A DNA stretch of 62,788 bases, filler included, from Rhabdomonas costata (GCA_019059605.1; 32 parts of 32 records of this genome joined end to end with filler, not necessarily neighbours in it), one strand, 5' to 3'. Positions 38,431-50,905 are shown, counted from the first letter of the whole stretch. Numbers and translations are program-made. The notes: generated by a model from the sequence alone, not told the origin.

Positions 38431-39081
38431 GGCTTTGGGATTCTCACAGTGACTCTACGGAAATGCTAATGCTAATTCTGTGTCGAGCCGCCCCCTGCGC
38501 TCGGTAGCTTAGCGCAGGGCTCGCTTTGGTTTTTGTGGTGCAATCATTCAGCTGGCGTAATCATTGACATTGACTACATCCACTGCTGTGTTTTTGATAT
38601 TCTCCTTCTCTCTAATATTTCTATTGTGTGCTGTGCTTCCATCATTGTTGCTGGGGATGTGGGTGTTCTCTGTGACTGTAGGAAGCGATTCTTGTCGCTG
38701 TACGAGACTTTTTGTATAACATCTTTGGTTGCTTTGTGCAGTCTGACTTTCGAAAGACAGTCAGCCACTTCGCGTCCCTCCCTCTCCGCGCTGGCTTCGG
38801 TCTGGCCTACCTGGCTCGAACCAAGTCGGTTTAAGCTCTGTTCATATGCCGGCCTCATGGTGGCCGACCTGTGCGAATTCCAGAAATCTCTCCTTGAACA
38901 TTCTGCTCTGCTTCTCTGCGCGAACGCAACAAGGTGTTTCCCTTCGCGGTTGCTGCGAAATCCGAGGAGGTCTCCGGAGCGAATATTCCCCTTCAAAATT
39001 CACCCTTCCATTTGTTGTCACTAGTTGGTGGATGTTTGGCTTTGCGTGTGTTGTACTTTGTTTTCGATGCAGCTGAACTGT

Positions 39082-39200
39082 GGGGGGATGTGAGTTGAGA
39101 CGGTTCCAACCTCAAATGGATTTCAGTCTGAAGTTAAGTGGCTCCGTTGGTTCAGACTGAAATCCATTTGAGGTTGGAACCGTCTCAACTCACATCCCCC
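39082..39200. repeat. Contig-terminal hairpin (probable fold-back chimera)
   Basis: Perfect ~50-bp arms with an 18-nt loop, ending at the contig end. Confidence 0.85.
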
Positions 39201-40652
39201 AACAACNNNNNNNNNNNNNNNNNNNNNNNNNNNNNNNNNNNNNNNNNNNNTTAATTAATTAANNNNNNNNNNNNNNNNNNNNNNNNNNNNNNNNNNNNNN
39301 NNNNNNTTTGTGTGCACAATATCTGCCGCCGTTTTTAACCGCAGAGTGCAAGCGTTCCAGGCTTTCCTGTCCAGACTTTCGTCTGTGCTCCGATGGTAGT
39401 GCTGCTTACAAAAAATGTGTGTCACACTCCACACCACTCTGACTCCCTTTCAGACTCTTCCTCATTGGTAGCTCTCATGTGTATGCAACAGTTTGGTTGG
39501 TGCCTTCGCGGCCGTGAGAGGTGGGGGAGGCTACAGATCGACTACTTTTGGTGGTTGTTTGGTGATCATTTCCTGCATTAATGGCTCCGTGTACCAGGCG
39601 GGTGCAGGGGGTTCAAACCAGGGGGGCACTTTGCAATTCATACCGATACGCGCTGGCCCCTTCTCGCCCCTCTGCATACACGTTCGGGGTTCTGTACGGC
39701 AATGTAATGGTGTCTTGATTGCAACGGAAACCTTTAAGATGCATCGTTTCAGGACGAGTTTCCTTGGCTTCACTGTATAATGTGAGTGTCCGGGTCATCT
39801 CGAATTCCAACGAGTATCTTTTTTGTGAGTTTCGCCAAAAAAAAAATCTGCTACTACTATCTCACTGCACTGTCCGGATTGCTGACAACACAAGAATGAT
39901 GGGAATGGGTTTCCTATTGTTTATGCCGGGATGGAATGGAAACAGCTTTTGCAACGCGCTGGTCCTTCGCTAAGACAGTTTAGGTCCCCCCCTCTCCCCG
40001 TTCTCCCGTAAGTGTTATTTTGGGGTAATAGCTGTGTGCTTGCAGGGGCGGATTGGCCAACCTCTTGCAAACCATGGAGGGGCGTGTTTAGCCATGCATT
40101 CCTGTCGAAAGGAAAGCCATGCCATAAAGACGTACGTAGAAAGGCGGGATAAAATGATGTTCAACTGAGGTTTGAAAAAGCTTGAGAGGGGGTTCAGTCT
40201 TCATCGTCTTCCTGCCATTCCTTTTCTTCCAATCGTTTTGAGGGCTTCGCCAGAGCGGGGGTTAGGGGGTTGGGCTTGAGGTTGGGTTAAGGCAGTTTTA
40301 TGGATTGCACGGGAGTCAGTTCCCTGTGGGAACGAATGTGAGCACCTAAAAGAAGTCGTTTGCCCCCCTAATGTATATTTCTGGCCTGCTTCAGCTCAAC
40401 CCCCTAGTACACGTTTGTGAGTACACGGTTGAGTGGCTATGGCTTGGCGACGCCGCTTCGCATTTTCTGGCTGGGATTTAGGCTCTTTGGTTCTTTCTCT
40501 CCCGGTTGAAATTTGGCAGCTCTGAGCGTTGTGTCTTTTCTCACACTCTCTCTCAATTCCGCCACTACCACATTTTCATTTCCCCACTCCACCCGCCCCC
40601 TTTCCCTTCCTTTGCTTCCATCGCCTTATCGCCTTCATTTCCGGAGTCGATC

Positions 40653-41171
40653 ATGGCTGTGTTGGGTTCGATGGCGTTGCTTGCCGCCTTTGCCCTCCTT
40701 GCCGTGGCCTCAGAGCTGAACGACGTTTCCCTTGAACGCCCGCACTTTACCCCGCAAGATACCCCTGGTTTGCGTGCCCTCATGAACCCGCCTTACTCCG
40801 CAGTTCTTTCTGTTGACCCGGAGCATTCTGAACAACGCCATGAGAGTGAATAGTTGCAATTTGTGTCTCCGTGCGCCACTGCTCTTCTGCACGGTTGCTT
40901 TTGTTTTTCCAGTCCAGTGCGTCCAGTCCAGTCCAGTTTTCTTTTGCTGCTTAGTTTGTGACATTGTGGTGACGGGGCGGGGAGGGCCTCATTCCGAGAT
41001 CAACGGCTTCTATCTATACGACAGCACCAGCGTATTTTATTACAACAACGTGTCACTGCTGTACCTGTTCTTCACGAACACCGTGGGGTGGGTCATCGGC
41101 CCCACCCTGGGATGCACCAGCTCCTACGTAGCCAACTGCTCGCAGGATGCATTCACCCCAGACCAATGCAC
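40653..41171 (+). CDS. Secreted/surface protein with signal peptide and an 'NGFY' extracellular module (5' partial)
   Basis: Exon 40653-40845 MAVLGSMALLAAFALLAVASE..., phase-1 intron 40846-40954, then exon 40955 onward ICDIVVTGRGGPHSEINGFYLY...GWVIGPTLG. Confidence 0.8.
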
Positions 41172-41562
41172 NNNNNNNNNNNNNNNNNNNNNNNNNNNNN
41201 NNNNNNNNNNNNNNNTTAATTAATTAANNNNNNNNNNNNNNNNNNNNNNNNNNNNNNNNNNNNNNNNNNNNTTGTGGTGTGGGGCAATTGAGAAAACTCG
41301 ATTTAAAAAGAGCCCTTTGTAGAAAAAGGAAGCCGTAGCTTTGCTGGCTCTCACCAAACATGGCCCTCAGATGTAGGAGGTGGCAGTTGAAGGTCAAAAA
41401 TCAGCTTCAAAAATAAGCCCGACCGATGTGCACTGGGACCCAGTTTTTTCACTACCCGTTTTTACTTCAAAGACTGGAAACGCCTGATTTGCACGCAAGT
41501 TGTGACTTTTTTGTGGTGACAAGGACGCGGACGATAACCCACGCTCCGTTTGGTACATTAAG

Positions 41563-42943
41563 TATGTTCGGAGCTGGACACCCAGCACCAAAGAGTTCGC
41601 GTTCATGGCACATGCCGACTGGTCACTTCCGCTGTAAATTTCGGACCATACCGCAGAAATGGCGCATGGGGATATCAACATTCATCCCCTGGGGTTATAA
41701 CCCTCCCGGGAACCTTTTCTTACACACACAGACACCTGTTCACCGTTTGAAAGCGAAAAGGTGCTGCGGTCAGTCATGTTAAATATTACTACTACTACTA
41801 CTACTATTACGAATACTGCTCCCATCGAGGAGCGATTGAGAAGGTGGATGCTCTTTGTTTCTTGATGGCTGGTTTGTGGGGGGAAAGCGCCTTGATCCTT
41901 ACCCAATGGTACCAATGGTAAATGGGGATGAAAGCGTTCGAGGCTGCATCCATCGTATGAATGATGAGCTGAAAAGTGGAAGTGGTTGGAGGGCGGGCGA
42001 TTTCTGAAGGCACTGCTGAGAAGATTCTCTACAACGTTGCCAACAACCGCTACTGCGCCAACGTCTGCCGCGCTCACAAATCCAACGGGATCTACTTCGT
42101 CGTCGACCCCACCCAAGGGTTCCGCTCTGTTCTGTGCGCAGTGGAGACATGAGATTTGTTTGCCGACCGGGTAAAGGTCAAATATAAACTCACAAAGCAT
42201 TTTGTTGCCCACAGACACGTGCTTTGAGAACAGCCAGCGGAGAAACGATGTACGTATCTTCAGGGAGGGTATGTAGGGGAGGAGGGCATACTGCGCTTGA
42301 GTGGGCCCTGTGAGTTGTACGTCAACTTTGCCATAGCTTTGGCCGGAAATGTGTTCAACGAGGTTGGCGGTGGGTGGGAATGCAAATGCCAAAAGGTTGT
42401 CGCCGATGTCTCGCCCATCTTCCTCCCTTCCATCTTTGTGTAGTGGTGCAGTAGAGGTCCCCGCCTTTTCAGTAGGGGCGCCAAGTGTGCAGGTCGTCGA
42501 GTTTGACAGTGGTGGCTCGTGCTGCGGGGCAACAGCTCCGAATCGCGTGCTGATTGCAAAAAGGGAAATCGCTTCTGACTCTCCGACCTGCGTTCGTCGC
42601 GTTCAGGGTCTTCTACCAGAAGTGCTACGACCCAGAGTGCTTCGGGTTCCGCTCCCCCGATTTTGCCCTCCCTCCAGAGGCAAGGCAGACCGTCACGCGT
42701 GGAAACCAGGCACCCCCGTGATTGTGACGACTGTGTCATGCACCTGTGAGCTCCTCCATTGCACTGCAGACGGTTTTGCTTCCTGAGGATCCCCCGATCA
42801 CCCGTGCAAGAGAGCAGGCAGCTCGGCCGGACCACCCGGGTCCCCGGCTCTTCGCAAGCAGGCTAAGAGGCAAGATTGAATCCGAGATTGACTCCGCCAA
42901 CACTGCGGAAACTTATCTGTGGACAAGAATGCTGCTTGTCTGA
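41563..42943 (+). CDS. PRIMPOL: PrimPol primase-polymerase, C-terminal UL52-like zinc-finger region
   Basis: Exons 41563-41621, 42010-42118, 42607-42679 and 42770 onward: SRSWHMPT|GTAEKILYNVANNRYCANVCRAHKSNGIYFVVDPTQ|GVFYQKCYDPECFGFRSPDFALPPE. This is the C-H-C-C finger (RWCENIGRAHKSN...YQKCHDPVC type). Confidence 0.9.
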
Positions 42944-42980
42944 TACGGTTCCGGATGTTGATCCAGTTTGGGATCGCTTT

Positions 42981-43125
42981 GGGCAGAAGTTGAAATGCTG
43001 GAAACGGAAAGAATAATACTCCTGTCGTGCCCATCCCGCCTTGCAGTGTGGGTGAACATACGCAAAAGTGGTTGGGCACGACAGGAGTATTATTCTTTCC
43101 GTTTCCAGCATTTCAACTTCTGCCC
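42981..43125. repeat. Contig-terminal inverted repeat (probable fold-back chimera)
   Basis: Perfect ~53-bp arms at the contig end. Confidence 0.85.
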
Positions 43126-43251
43126 ACAACAACCCNNNNNNNNNNNNNNNNNNNNNNNNNNNNNNNNNNNNNNNNNNNNTTAATTAATTAANNNNNNNNN
43201 NNNNNNNNNNNNNNNNNNNNNNNNNNNNNNNNNNNGGGGTGGGGTGCAAAC

Positions 43252-44620
43252 CTGCAGACCACAGAGGCGTTGGCTTTGCGGTCGGCGGGGCAGACAGCGG
43301 TGATCCCATCGCAGAACTCGGGTACGTCGCTGTGAATCCACCCCTTCACATTTACGCGAGCTATATGCAGAGTATTCACCAATACTGCAGGCGGTCCCTA
43401 ATTGCTGCAACTGCAGAAATCCATGAATCCATTCTTTGAGCTCGATGAGGAAGACAACGAGTGACACAGTTCCACCACGAGAAGGCTGAACACAAGGCAA
43501 CCTCAGGACGTCGGAAAATATACGCTGACAACGGCAGGGGCAGTACATAGGAAAGCACATGTTCCTTAGGAGGGAGAGGGGTGAGACCATAGGTCCACGG
43601 CGGGGCGGCACTCCACGGAGGAGTTCAGCACGACGTCCGCGGGGCACTGGAACACTACTGAGTTCAGCGAGCTGTTGTATACCCCGACGCAAGTCTGGGC
43701 CACGTCGCAGTCCCCGGCAGCCTGGTAGTGGCAGATTAAACCCAGAAAAATAGAGGGATACATGAAGGGGGGCGGGGGTGCAGCCTCGGGTGGGACCCTG
43801 GGCACGACCACAAGAAACCAAAAGGGCGGTGTGCGGCGCTTCCAACATCGGAAGGAGCGGGTGCAAAACGACTGTGTAGGAAGCTGCCCTTTTCAGAGAT
43901 AAGCTATTCTTCTTGTATAAAACTAGACAATCCTAAAAGCAACCCAAAGGACCATGCAGACCTGTCGGCAGACGTGGAAGTAGCCGTACTGCTGGTCTGG
44001 TGGGCACACCGTTGAGTCTCCGTCGCAAACCTACACAGCAAGAAAAAGGGAAGTTCCTGGCCGAGAAATTTGTTTGGTGACCACCCCACACTATCAATGG
44101 ATAGTGGGCAGTGGGGCATTTCCACGCTCGCATCCCCCCCCCTTTCGGCCCCGCGGCTGGCCTTCGCACCGAAAATAATTCAATCCCTTTTGTACTGCAA
44201 TCTCCTGGGAACCGTTCATCGCCCTTCGGGGCAATATGCAGTTAGATAGTGAGCACTATCCAGCCTGAATAGTGGGGGGGGGGGTCACCAACCAGACGGA
44301 ACCCGAAAAGCACTCGCAGGTTCCTGGCCGAATTGCATGCGTAAGGGACAGAGTTGCACCTCAACCTTCTCGACACAGAGGATTCCACCCTTGCGCAATC
44401 CCCCTGCACTTCGTTTGACCCCTACCAGACCGGAGAAGGAAATGTGCTTGTGCACGAGCGAGAACACGCAGTGGGTTGGTGTAAACGGTAAACACTGGTA
44501 CGAATAATGTCAGGCACCAGAATCGGCTGGAATCCATATCACAGTCTAACACGCTGGTCTTCTCCTGTGGAACATGGGGGCAGCAGGTAAGTTGCTTCGG
44601 CGCTTAAATGACCGAGCGAG

Positions 44621-44676
<56 letters not shown>

Positions 44677-45029
44677 TACCCACAGCCCCGCACACCTCAG
44701 CAACGTCACACAGGGGGTCCTTGAGGGGCCGGCACAGCCTGCCCTGCGGCGCAGGAACCACCTGAGCGGGTTCGCAGAGTTGCAAAAATGGAGGCAGATT
44801 GCCAGGGGCACCGCGAGGGGATATATCGCATATCCTTCGTCCCTAGGATGCAGTGCATTGGGGAGGAGACACAAGAGCACAGACCATGGGGCAGTCATTG
44901 CTGATTCCGTTGCAGGCCACCGTCAGGGCGCAGTCCATCGGGCCGTAGCTCTGGCAGATGGTGGTGGGACCAGCCTTGACGTCGTCCGGGCAGCCGTCGT
45001 GTAGCCCGTCACAGTACTCCGCCGCGTCG
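43252..45029 (-). CDS. Tandem disintegrin-like Cys-rich repeat protein (internal exons)
   Basis: At least five GT-AG exons: DAAEYCDGLHDGCPDD...C|...LCRPLKDPLCDVAE|VCDGDSTVCPPD...VCRQ|AAGDCDVAQTC...CPAD...ECRPAVDLC|DVPEFCDGITAVCPAD. Repeat unit CRxxxxxCDxxExCxGxxxxCPxD. Confidence 0.9.
44622..44672 (+). repeat. (CA)n microsatellite in an intron
   Basis: About 25 AC units. Confidence 0.98.
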
Positions 45030-47322
45030 CTAGCGGACGAGCGCACGCAATAAGAGGACAAAACAACGTGGAAGCCACCGGGGCCATTACAGAACAAACA
45101 ACAGAAAAAAACNNNNNNNNNNNNNNNNNNNNNNNNNNNNNNNNNNNNNNNNNNNNTTAATTAATTAANNNNNNNNNNNNNNNNNNNNNNNNNNNNNNNN
45201 NNNNNNNNNNNNTGTGGTTGTTACTGCTTGTGCTGTGCTGTGCTGTTGGTGGGTCATGCTGTGGTGGTCGAGGCGTTGGTGGTGTCGTGGTGGTTCCTGC
45301 TGCGTTGTTGGTGCTGGTGGATTGCTGTGTCTGTAGTGCATTCTTAGTGCTTGTGAGTGTGGGGCTGGTGTGTCATGGGAACTGAGGATTGTTCGTGTTT
45401 CTTGCTTCTGAAGTGTGTTCGTGCTGTCACTGTGTTCTTAGTGCGTAGGATGTCTTGCTGTCTCTGGGTGTGTGGATCGGAGGGTTCGAAGGTTTTCAGG
45501 GTTCTTTGCTGTGCGTGTTGGTGTTGGTTCTGTGCTGCATCTTTCCTGGTTGTGTCATGGTGTCAAGGAATCGAGGGTTTGTGTGGAAGTCGAAGGGTGG
45601 ATGTTGATGCTTTATCTGTGGATGATGGTGATGCTACGCGCGAGGGTCAGCGTCAGAGCTTCAGTGTGAAAGGGTCCATGTTTCTGATGCCAAGCTGATT
45701 ATGTAGGAGTGTGATGGTGAGCGTTTGTGTAGTACTGATGGAAATGATGGTAGGGCGTCGTGTGTGTATGGTGTTGCTGGTGCAAAGGGTGTCAGGATGT
45801 TGGGGTTGGACGCTGCCATGGATCGGAGGGTTGAAATGATGGTTGATGCGGAGGATGTGAGGATGCCTGATGGTGTTGATGCCTTGATGCGCACCTCTGA
45901 TGTTGATGCCGCGTCAAGCTGCGTCGGATGATCGGGGGTCAGAACGAAGGGGAGAAACAGGCCGAAGCATCACATCCACGCCAATCCCTACGCATAATCC
46001 CATCTATACCATTACGCCAACCCTTACTACGATTCCTACCGCTATTCCCACGCTAGATATCATGATGTTATAACTCGAAGCGGTCGCACAGACAACGTTT
46101 TCCAAATTACTTGGAACAAACAAGGTTTTGGACCACCTCCCAGCATATCAATACAGTTTTGCTAACTAACATTGAAAAGTGGGTGGGACGTGTTGTTGTT
46201 AAATTCCATTATCCGTTGTCTGAAAATGACGTTATCGCAACTGCGGATTCCCAGCACATGAACTTCCCTATTTTTACCCCCACAAATGATGGTGACGCAG
46301 AAGCCTACAGCGCCGCTACGCTTCGGGATAAAGTATGTCGTAACCACACAAATAATGGCTGAATTGGATATTTACTTTATTTATTTTGATTAACCAAAAA
46401 CTATGGGCTGCATTGGCTATTTTGTGCTAATAAACACGGAAAGTGCAACAATTGACATTTTGTGGGTTTATCAGTGACAAAATAGCATAAAATAGCCTGA
46501 AACAAAGCACAAATGCAAACACCGAGTGCAAAAAGAATACTATAAAACGCGAAAACAAGCCCTAATGTTTCACTGCAATGTGTTTTCTTCCTACCGATAA
46601 CCGATTTGTCACTATGACCAAACGATGTCCAAGACAATTTGCTCGATACCAAGCACGATGCCCGTTATTTTTAACGATGCCCAGTATCATGTAAATGGTT
46701 ACAAATACTAGACCTTTGTATATTGAAACTGAGCATCGTCAGAAATATTGGGCAACGTGATGGGCATAGTACAAAATGCGTTTAAAATCGTGCAGAATGA
46801 GTTGGTTACAGTGCAAAAACAGGCCTACAAACAATGCCTCACTCATTACACAAACATGCAAAAACCAACACTTATGCCAATGAAAGGCCTTCAAACTCGT
46901 TAGGACTTTCAACTGTAACCTACACAGCTTAGCTGTGCTGAAAAGCCTCAAAATTTACCAAAACACAACCAACCAAAATACGAAAGTGCATTATTGCATC
47001 CACAAAACACCCACACTTCAGTAAAGTGCTTTATTTGTGGTGTAGAGAGCACACTTTGAAGTGTGCTCTCTACACCANNNNNNNNNNNNNNNNNNNNNNN
47101 NNNNNNNNNNNNNNNNNNNNNTTAATTAATTAANNNNNNNNNNNNNNNNNNNNNNNNNNNNNNNNNNNNNNNNNNNNGTGGGTTTTGTTTTGGGATTGGA
47201 AAAGCCCGAATCAGCAAAGTACTTTGTGTAATAAGTACGTATTGGTAAACCGGGCCCTAAGCCCAGTACGAGGTTTGTGTGACCGAGCCGTCTCAGCCAC
47301 CCATGAACGAACTTTGACCGAT

Positions 47323-47826
47323 TGTAACGGTCCAGATCACCCAGGTGTTCCACATCCAGAGACAGAGGGGGAAAGTCACGTGCCTGGGACACAGACATTT
47401 TCCAGAGGTTTCCAGAGTGCCCTTTTGTCAAGGGTCAGCTGAGACAGAAGCCGAAGCCCAGCCCCTCGTGATCCAGCTCCTTGCCAGGCCATGGGTCAGG
47501 CTATATATCAACCAGCTGGGCGAGAAGGCGCGCAGAGCAGGGCCAGGTGAGAGAGGGAAGGCCAGCAGACAGTGGGGAAGACCCCGGGCTAGGCAGAGAG
47601 CCAGGCCAAGGGAGTGAAGTCACGTGGAAGGAGGTATCCAGCACACGACCCGACCGCATTAGAAATCCATAGGGTGTGTTCCAGGGTTCCGGAGGAAGAA
47701 AATTGCATTCTCACCTTTCTCCCGAGTTTTTCACATGTCAGGCGGATTTCAAGAATTCGTCCTGACTACCCTGGTGCCCCTGAACGCTAAGAACTACGAG
47801 AATTACATAGAGAGGTCCTTGATTAG
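47323..47826 (+). mobile_element. LTR-like dispersed repeat, copy 2
   Basis: TGTAACGG at 47323 to ATTACA at 47807, with an internal CTATATAT near 47501. Homologous to 8172-8689; the flanks diverge exactly at the TG. Confidence 0.85.
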
Positions 47827-48628
47827 AGGAGGTGCCGCAGAACCAAAGCGGAACCGCAGGCCAGAGCCGCGGAGACCGGAGGCACCAGCAGAGGGAGAGG
47901 GTGAAAAAGAGCGTAGCGGTGAACAGGACAGGGTGTGTGTGTGTGTGAGCTGTCGCGTGCCCCTTCCACAGCCTTCTTTTTTTTGGGAGATTGGCATAAG
48001 CGGCGAGACCCGCCCAGAGAAACCTCTACACAGCCCAGAAGGTGTGGGCACCAAGGCCCGATCAAGACCCCCCCCATGAGCCGAAAGCAGCCTTCACGAG
48101 CCACAAGTGTCCACCCCCTGGTCTGCAGAGTTGTGCCCCCAGAGGTCGCCAGAATTACGCCGAAGCGGCTTGGTAAATCGAAACGTGGTTGGCACCGCCG
48201 CCCCCGTTTCAGAAAGGCGACGCCCGCAGAGAGCACCAGAGCGACCCCCGAACGAACGGGAGAGACCTCCGCCCCGTTCTAGGTGCCAAGACACCGAGGT
48301 AAGCCGAGGCAGCGCCCACCTTGTGCAAACAAGGTCTGGATACGGTCCATCTCCAATGGGATCCATAGGCACGACCACCCAACGAGGTAGGAGCCACGCA
48401 TGGTTGCAGTCTGACACCAATGGTTGTGTAACGGTACGAAGCACCAAGGCGGGGGTCCGCTTTCCATCGGCCGCGCGGCCGGCAGAGCGCCCGAAGGCTA
48501 CGGAAGGCCGCTGTTTTGTGGGCCTGTTTTGTTTTGTTTTTGGGCTCCTGTTTGGCTTTTCCTATTTTGGTCGCGTTTTTTCTTTAATTTTGGTAGTGAG
48601 TATGGGTAATATCGATATTCATGTTTTA

Positions 48629-49039
48629 GTCGCCGTAGTTTGGCTACCTCACTCTTTTTTGCGCCATCTTTGCGCGTTCCTCGGGCCGTTTTCCGGGTGT
48701 CTTTTTATCTGGTGCCGGCCTTTCCTCCGCGAAGCCGTCTAGTTTTCATGATTTAGTGCGCGCGCAGGCCCCGGCGCGTGGGCCCGCGTCCGTCGGCCAG
48801 CTTTTAGGCCATAGCCGACACCTGGGAACCCAACTGCTAGGGCAAAAGTTCGGAACAAACGACAGTTTGCCCGGGTTCAAGGCACGACGCTGCGGAAGAA
48901 CAAACAAAGGAACACAATGGAAACAAAAAGACGGCTTCGCGGAAGAAAGGCCGGCACCAGATAAAAAGACACCTGGGAAACGGCCCGAGGAACGCGCAAA
49001 GATGGCGCGAAAAAGAGTGCGGTAGCCAAACTACGGCGA
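48629..49039. repeat. Imperfect ~110-bp inverted repeat (MITE/foldback-like)
   Basis: 48629-48739 versus 48930-49039, with about five dispersed differences and a ~190-bp spacer. Confidence 0.8.
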
Positions 49040-50509
49040 NNNNNNNNNNNNNNNNNNNNNNNNNNNNNNNNNNNNNNNNNNNNTTAATTAATTAANNNNN
49101 NNNNNNNNNNNNNNNNNNNNNNNNNNNNNNNNNNNNNNNTCCACTCCCCGGCATAAGCCGGTACGTGTCACTCCGTCCGGGCGAAGCCACGCAGAATACC
49201 CTCGGGGTTCATTCTACGCTTGGGTTCAGGACGCATAAAGGCATGAATACCCCATGGCATCAAGGCATTGAATACCCTGTGGCATGCATACCCTTAGCAG
49301 CCTTACTCCCTTACGCCCTTCACTCTTGGGAGGGGTTAGGTGTAGCGTAGGTCTCAGCATTCAGCCATTGCAGCATCAGCGTTACTCCTTCGCATCTTCC
49401 TACCTTACTCCCTTGGCATCGGGGTTGGAGGGTGAGAGGAGGGGTTCATGTGTAGGGTTGGCATCGACTTCAGCTTCAGCGTTACCATCAGCCTATGTCT
49501 ACCATGCGTAGGGTTAGCGTTAGCGTTACTCCTCAGCATCACCCTTACACATCCCCTCTCTCTCATGCTAACGTGGCCGCTGCCCTCTCTCATCCTAATG
49601 CATCGCGTCAGGAACTCAGGGTGAGTGCTTGCTCCCTCTGACTGCAGCGGCCATCATCAGCATACCACGACCAACACACGCTCTGTCGATCCTACCATGT
49701 CAGCCTAACCTACCAACTTACCTCTGTATGTGTAGTGGTGGTGGTGACGTTATGGGGATTGAGCCCTTGTGTGGTTCAGTGGCGGAGTAGTTGGTGAGTG
49801 AGAGAGAGCGAAGGCATACCCCTTGACGCTAATGCTTAGGTTCTCAACCTCCCTCTGACACGCAGCAACATCCTCCTACACGTGGTCATGGTGGTCCTTC
49901 TACGCGTATGTCTTACCTATTCCTCTAGGGTGGTATGTGTGTACCGTACCACTAGGGGTAGTGCATAGCTGACCGTAGCGTTACTGTCACCACGACTGCA
50001 CGTAATGGCACATGGTCGAATCCTTCACCTCGTACCATGTGAGCGCCAGACTCTGAGAGGCTCACAGGCATTGCCATACGTATAGGTATGGTTACCCAGC
50101 AAGCTCACCTCTCACACCATCATCGGGCGCAGTGACATGGCTTGAGTGGCATATACCACCGGTGACCACGCTCCTTGCCTCATGTGGGGCTGGTGTACGC
50201 TATAGCCTAGCATCCATCACTAGGTCTTTCATCTGACGCCCAACTACGCCAGGTATCGCATGTGTACTCGTGGTACGGTTAGACGTTGGTACCAGCACCG
50301 CTGATTGCTCTCTCGGATATGACGCCAATGACACAACTTCGCACATCGGATATGTTCACGTGTGGTACTGGTCATGCGAGCCATTCGTCGTAGTATTCGT
50401 CCATGCGTGTCGTTGTTGCACCTTACAGGCTGTTGTCCCTGGAGTAGCTTTTGCCCTTGGTTCGGTGGGCGATGTTGGCCTTCCAACGCTGGAGATCCCG
50501 AGGGACTTC

Positions 50510-50905
50510 CTTGAAACCGAATGCAGAGAACTCCGAAGAGCGAGACCGAAAGCAAAGACCCAAGGCAGAAACCCGACGCATTCCAACCCCCGACTCGCAG
50601 ACACTAACACAGAAGGCATAAACCCAGAAACCCAACCCAGAGACCCAAACCCCAGAACCCAGAAACCTTAAACCCAAATACCCAAATACCCGATACACTC
50701 AAATCCTCGACTCGGAGACACTAAGGCAAAACCCAACCCAGAAATCGAAACCCAAACCCAGAAACGCGAAACCAACCCCGGGGGTGCAGGTAGAGGTGGA
50801 CCTAAAAAGATGTATCCTCCCGGCGCCAGACATAAATAACGACACGGAAATTCAAAAGACCACCCCTGAGGTAAAATGGGGCGCCGGAGATGCACCCCCG
50901 GGTCC
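50510..50905 (-). repeat. Telomere-like degenerate tract with internal duplication and short inverted repeat
   Basis: (AACCCAG/AAACCC)-type units; CGACTCG.AGACACTAA duplicated near 50592 and 50707; CCCGGGGGTGCA / TGCACCCCCGGG at ~50777 and ~50891. Confidence 0.7.

Noticed and set aside
38492..38520. GC hairpin with a TAGCTTAG loop as tRNA, terminator or Helitron end
   Set aside because: No cloverleaf or T-loop, no downstream CTRR, and the context is eukaryotic.
38574..38996. 140-aa minus-strand ORF as a transposase
   Set aside because: No catalytic motifs recognised; it lies opposite probable plus-strand exons.
41682..42392. 236-aa minus-strand ORF
   Set aside because: Antisense to PrimPol exons and introns, which have much stronger motif support.
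47038..47077. Terminal hairpins (also at 25270, 39082, 42981, 54814, 58967) as hairpin telomeres or structured RNAs
   Set aside because: All sequence-unrelated, near-perfect and ending at contig termini, which is the signature of amplification fold-back chimeras.
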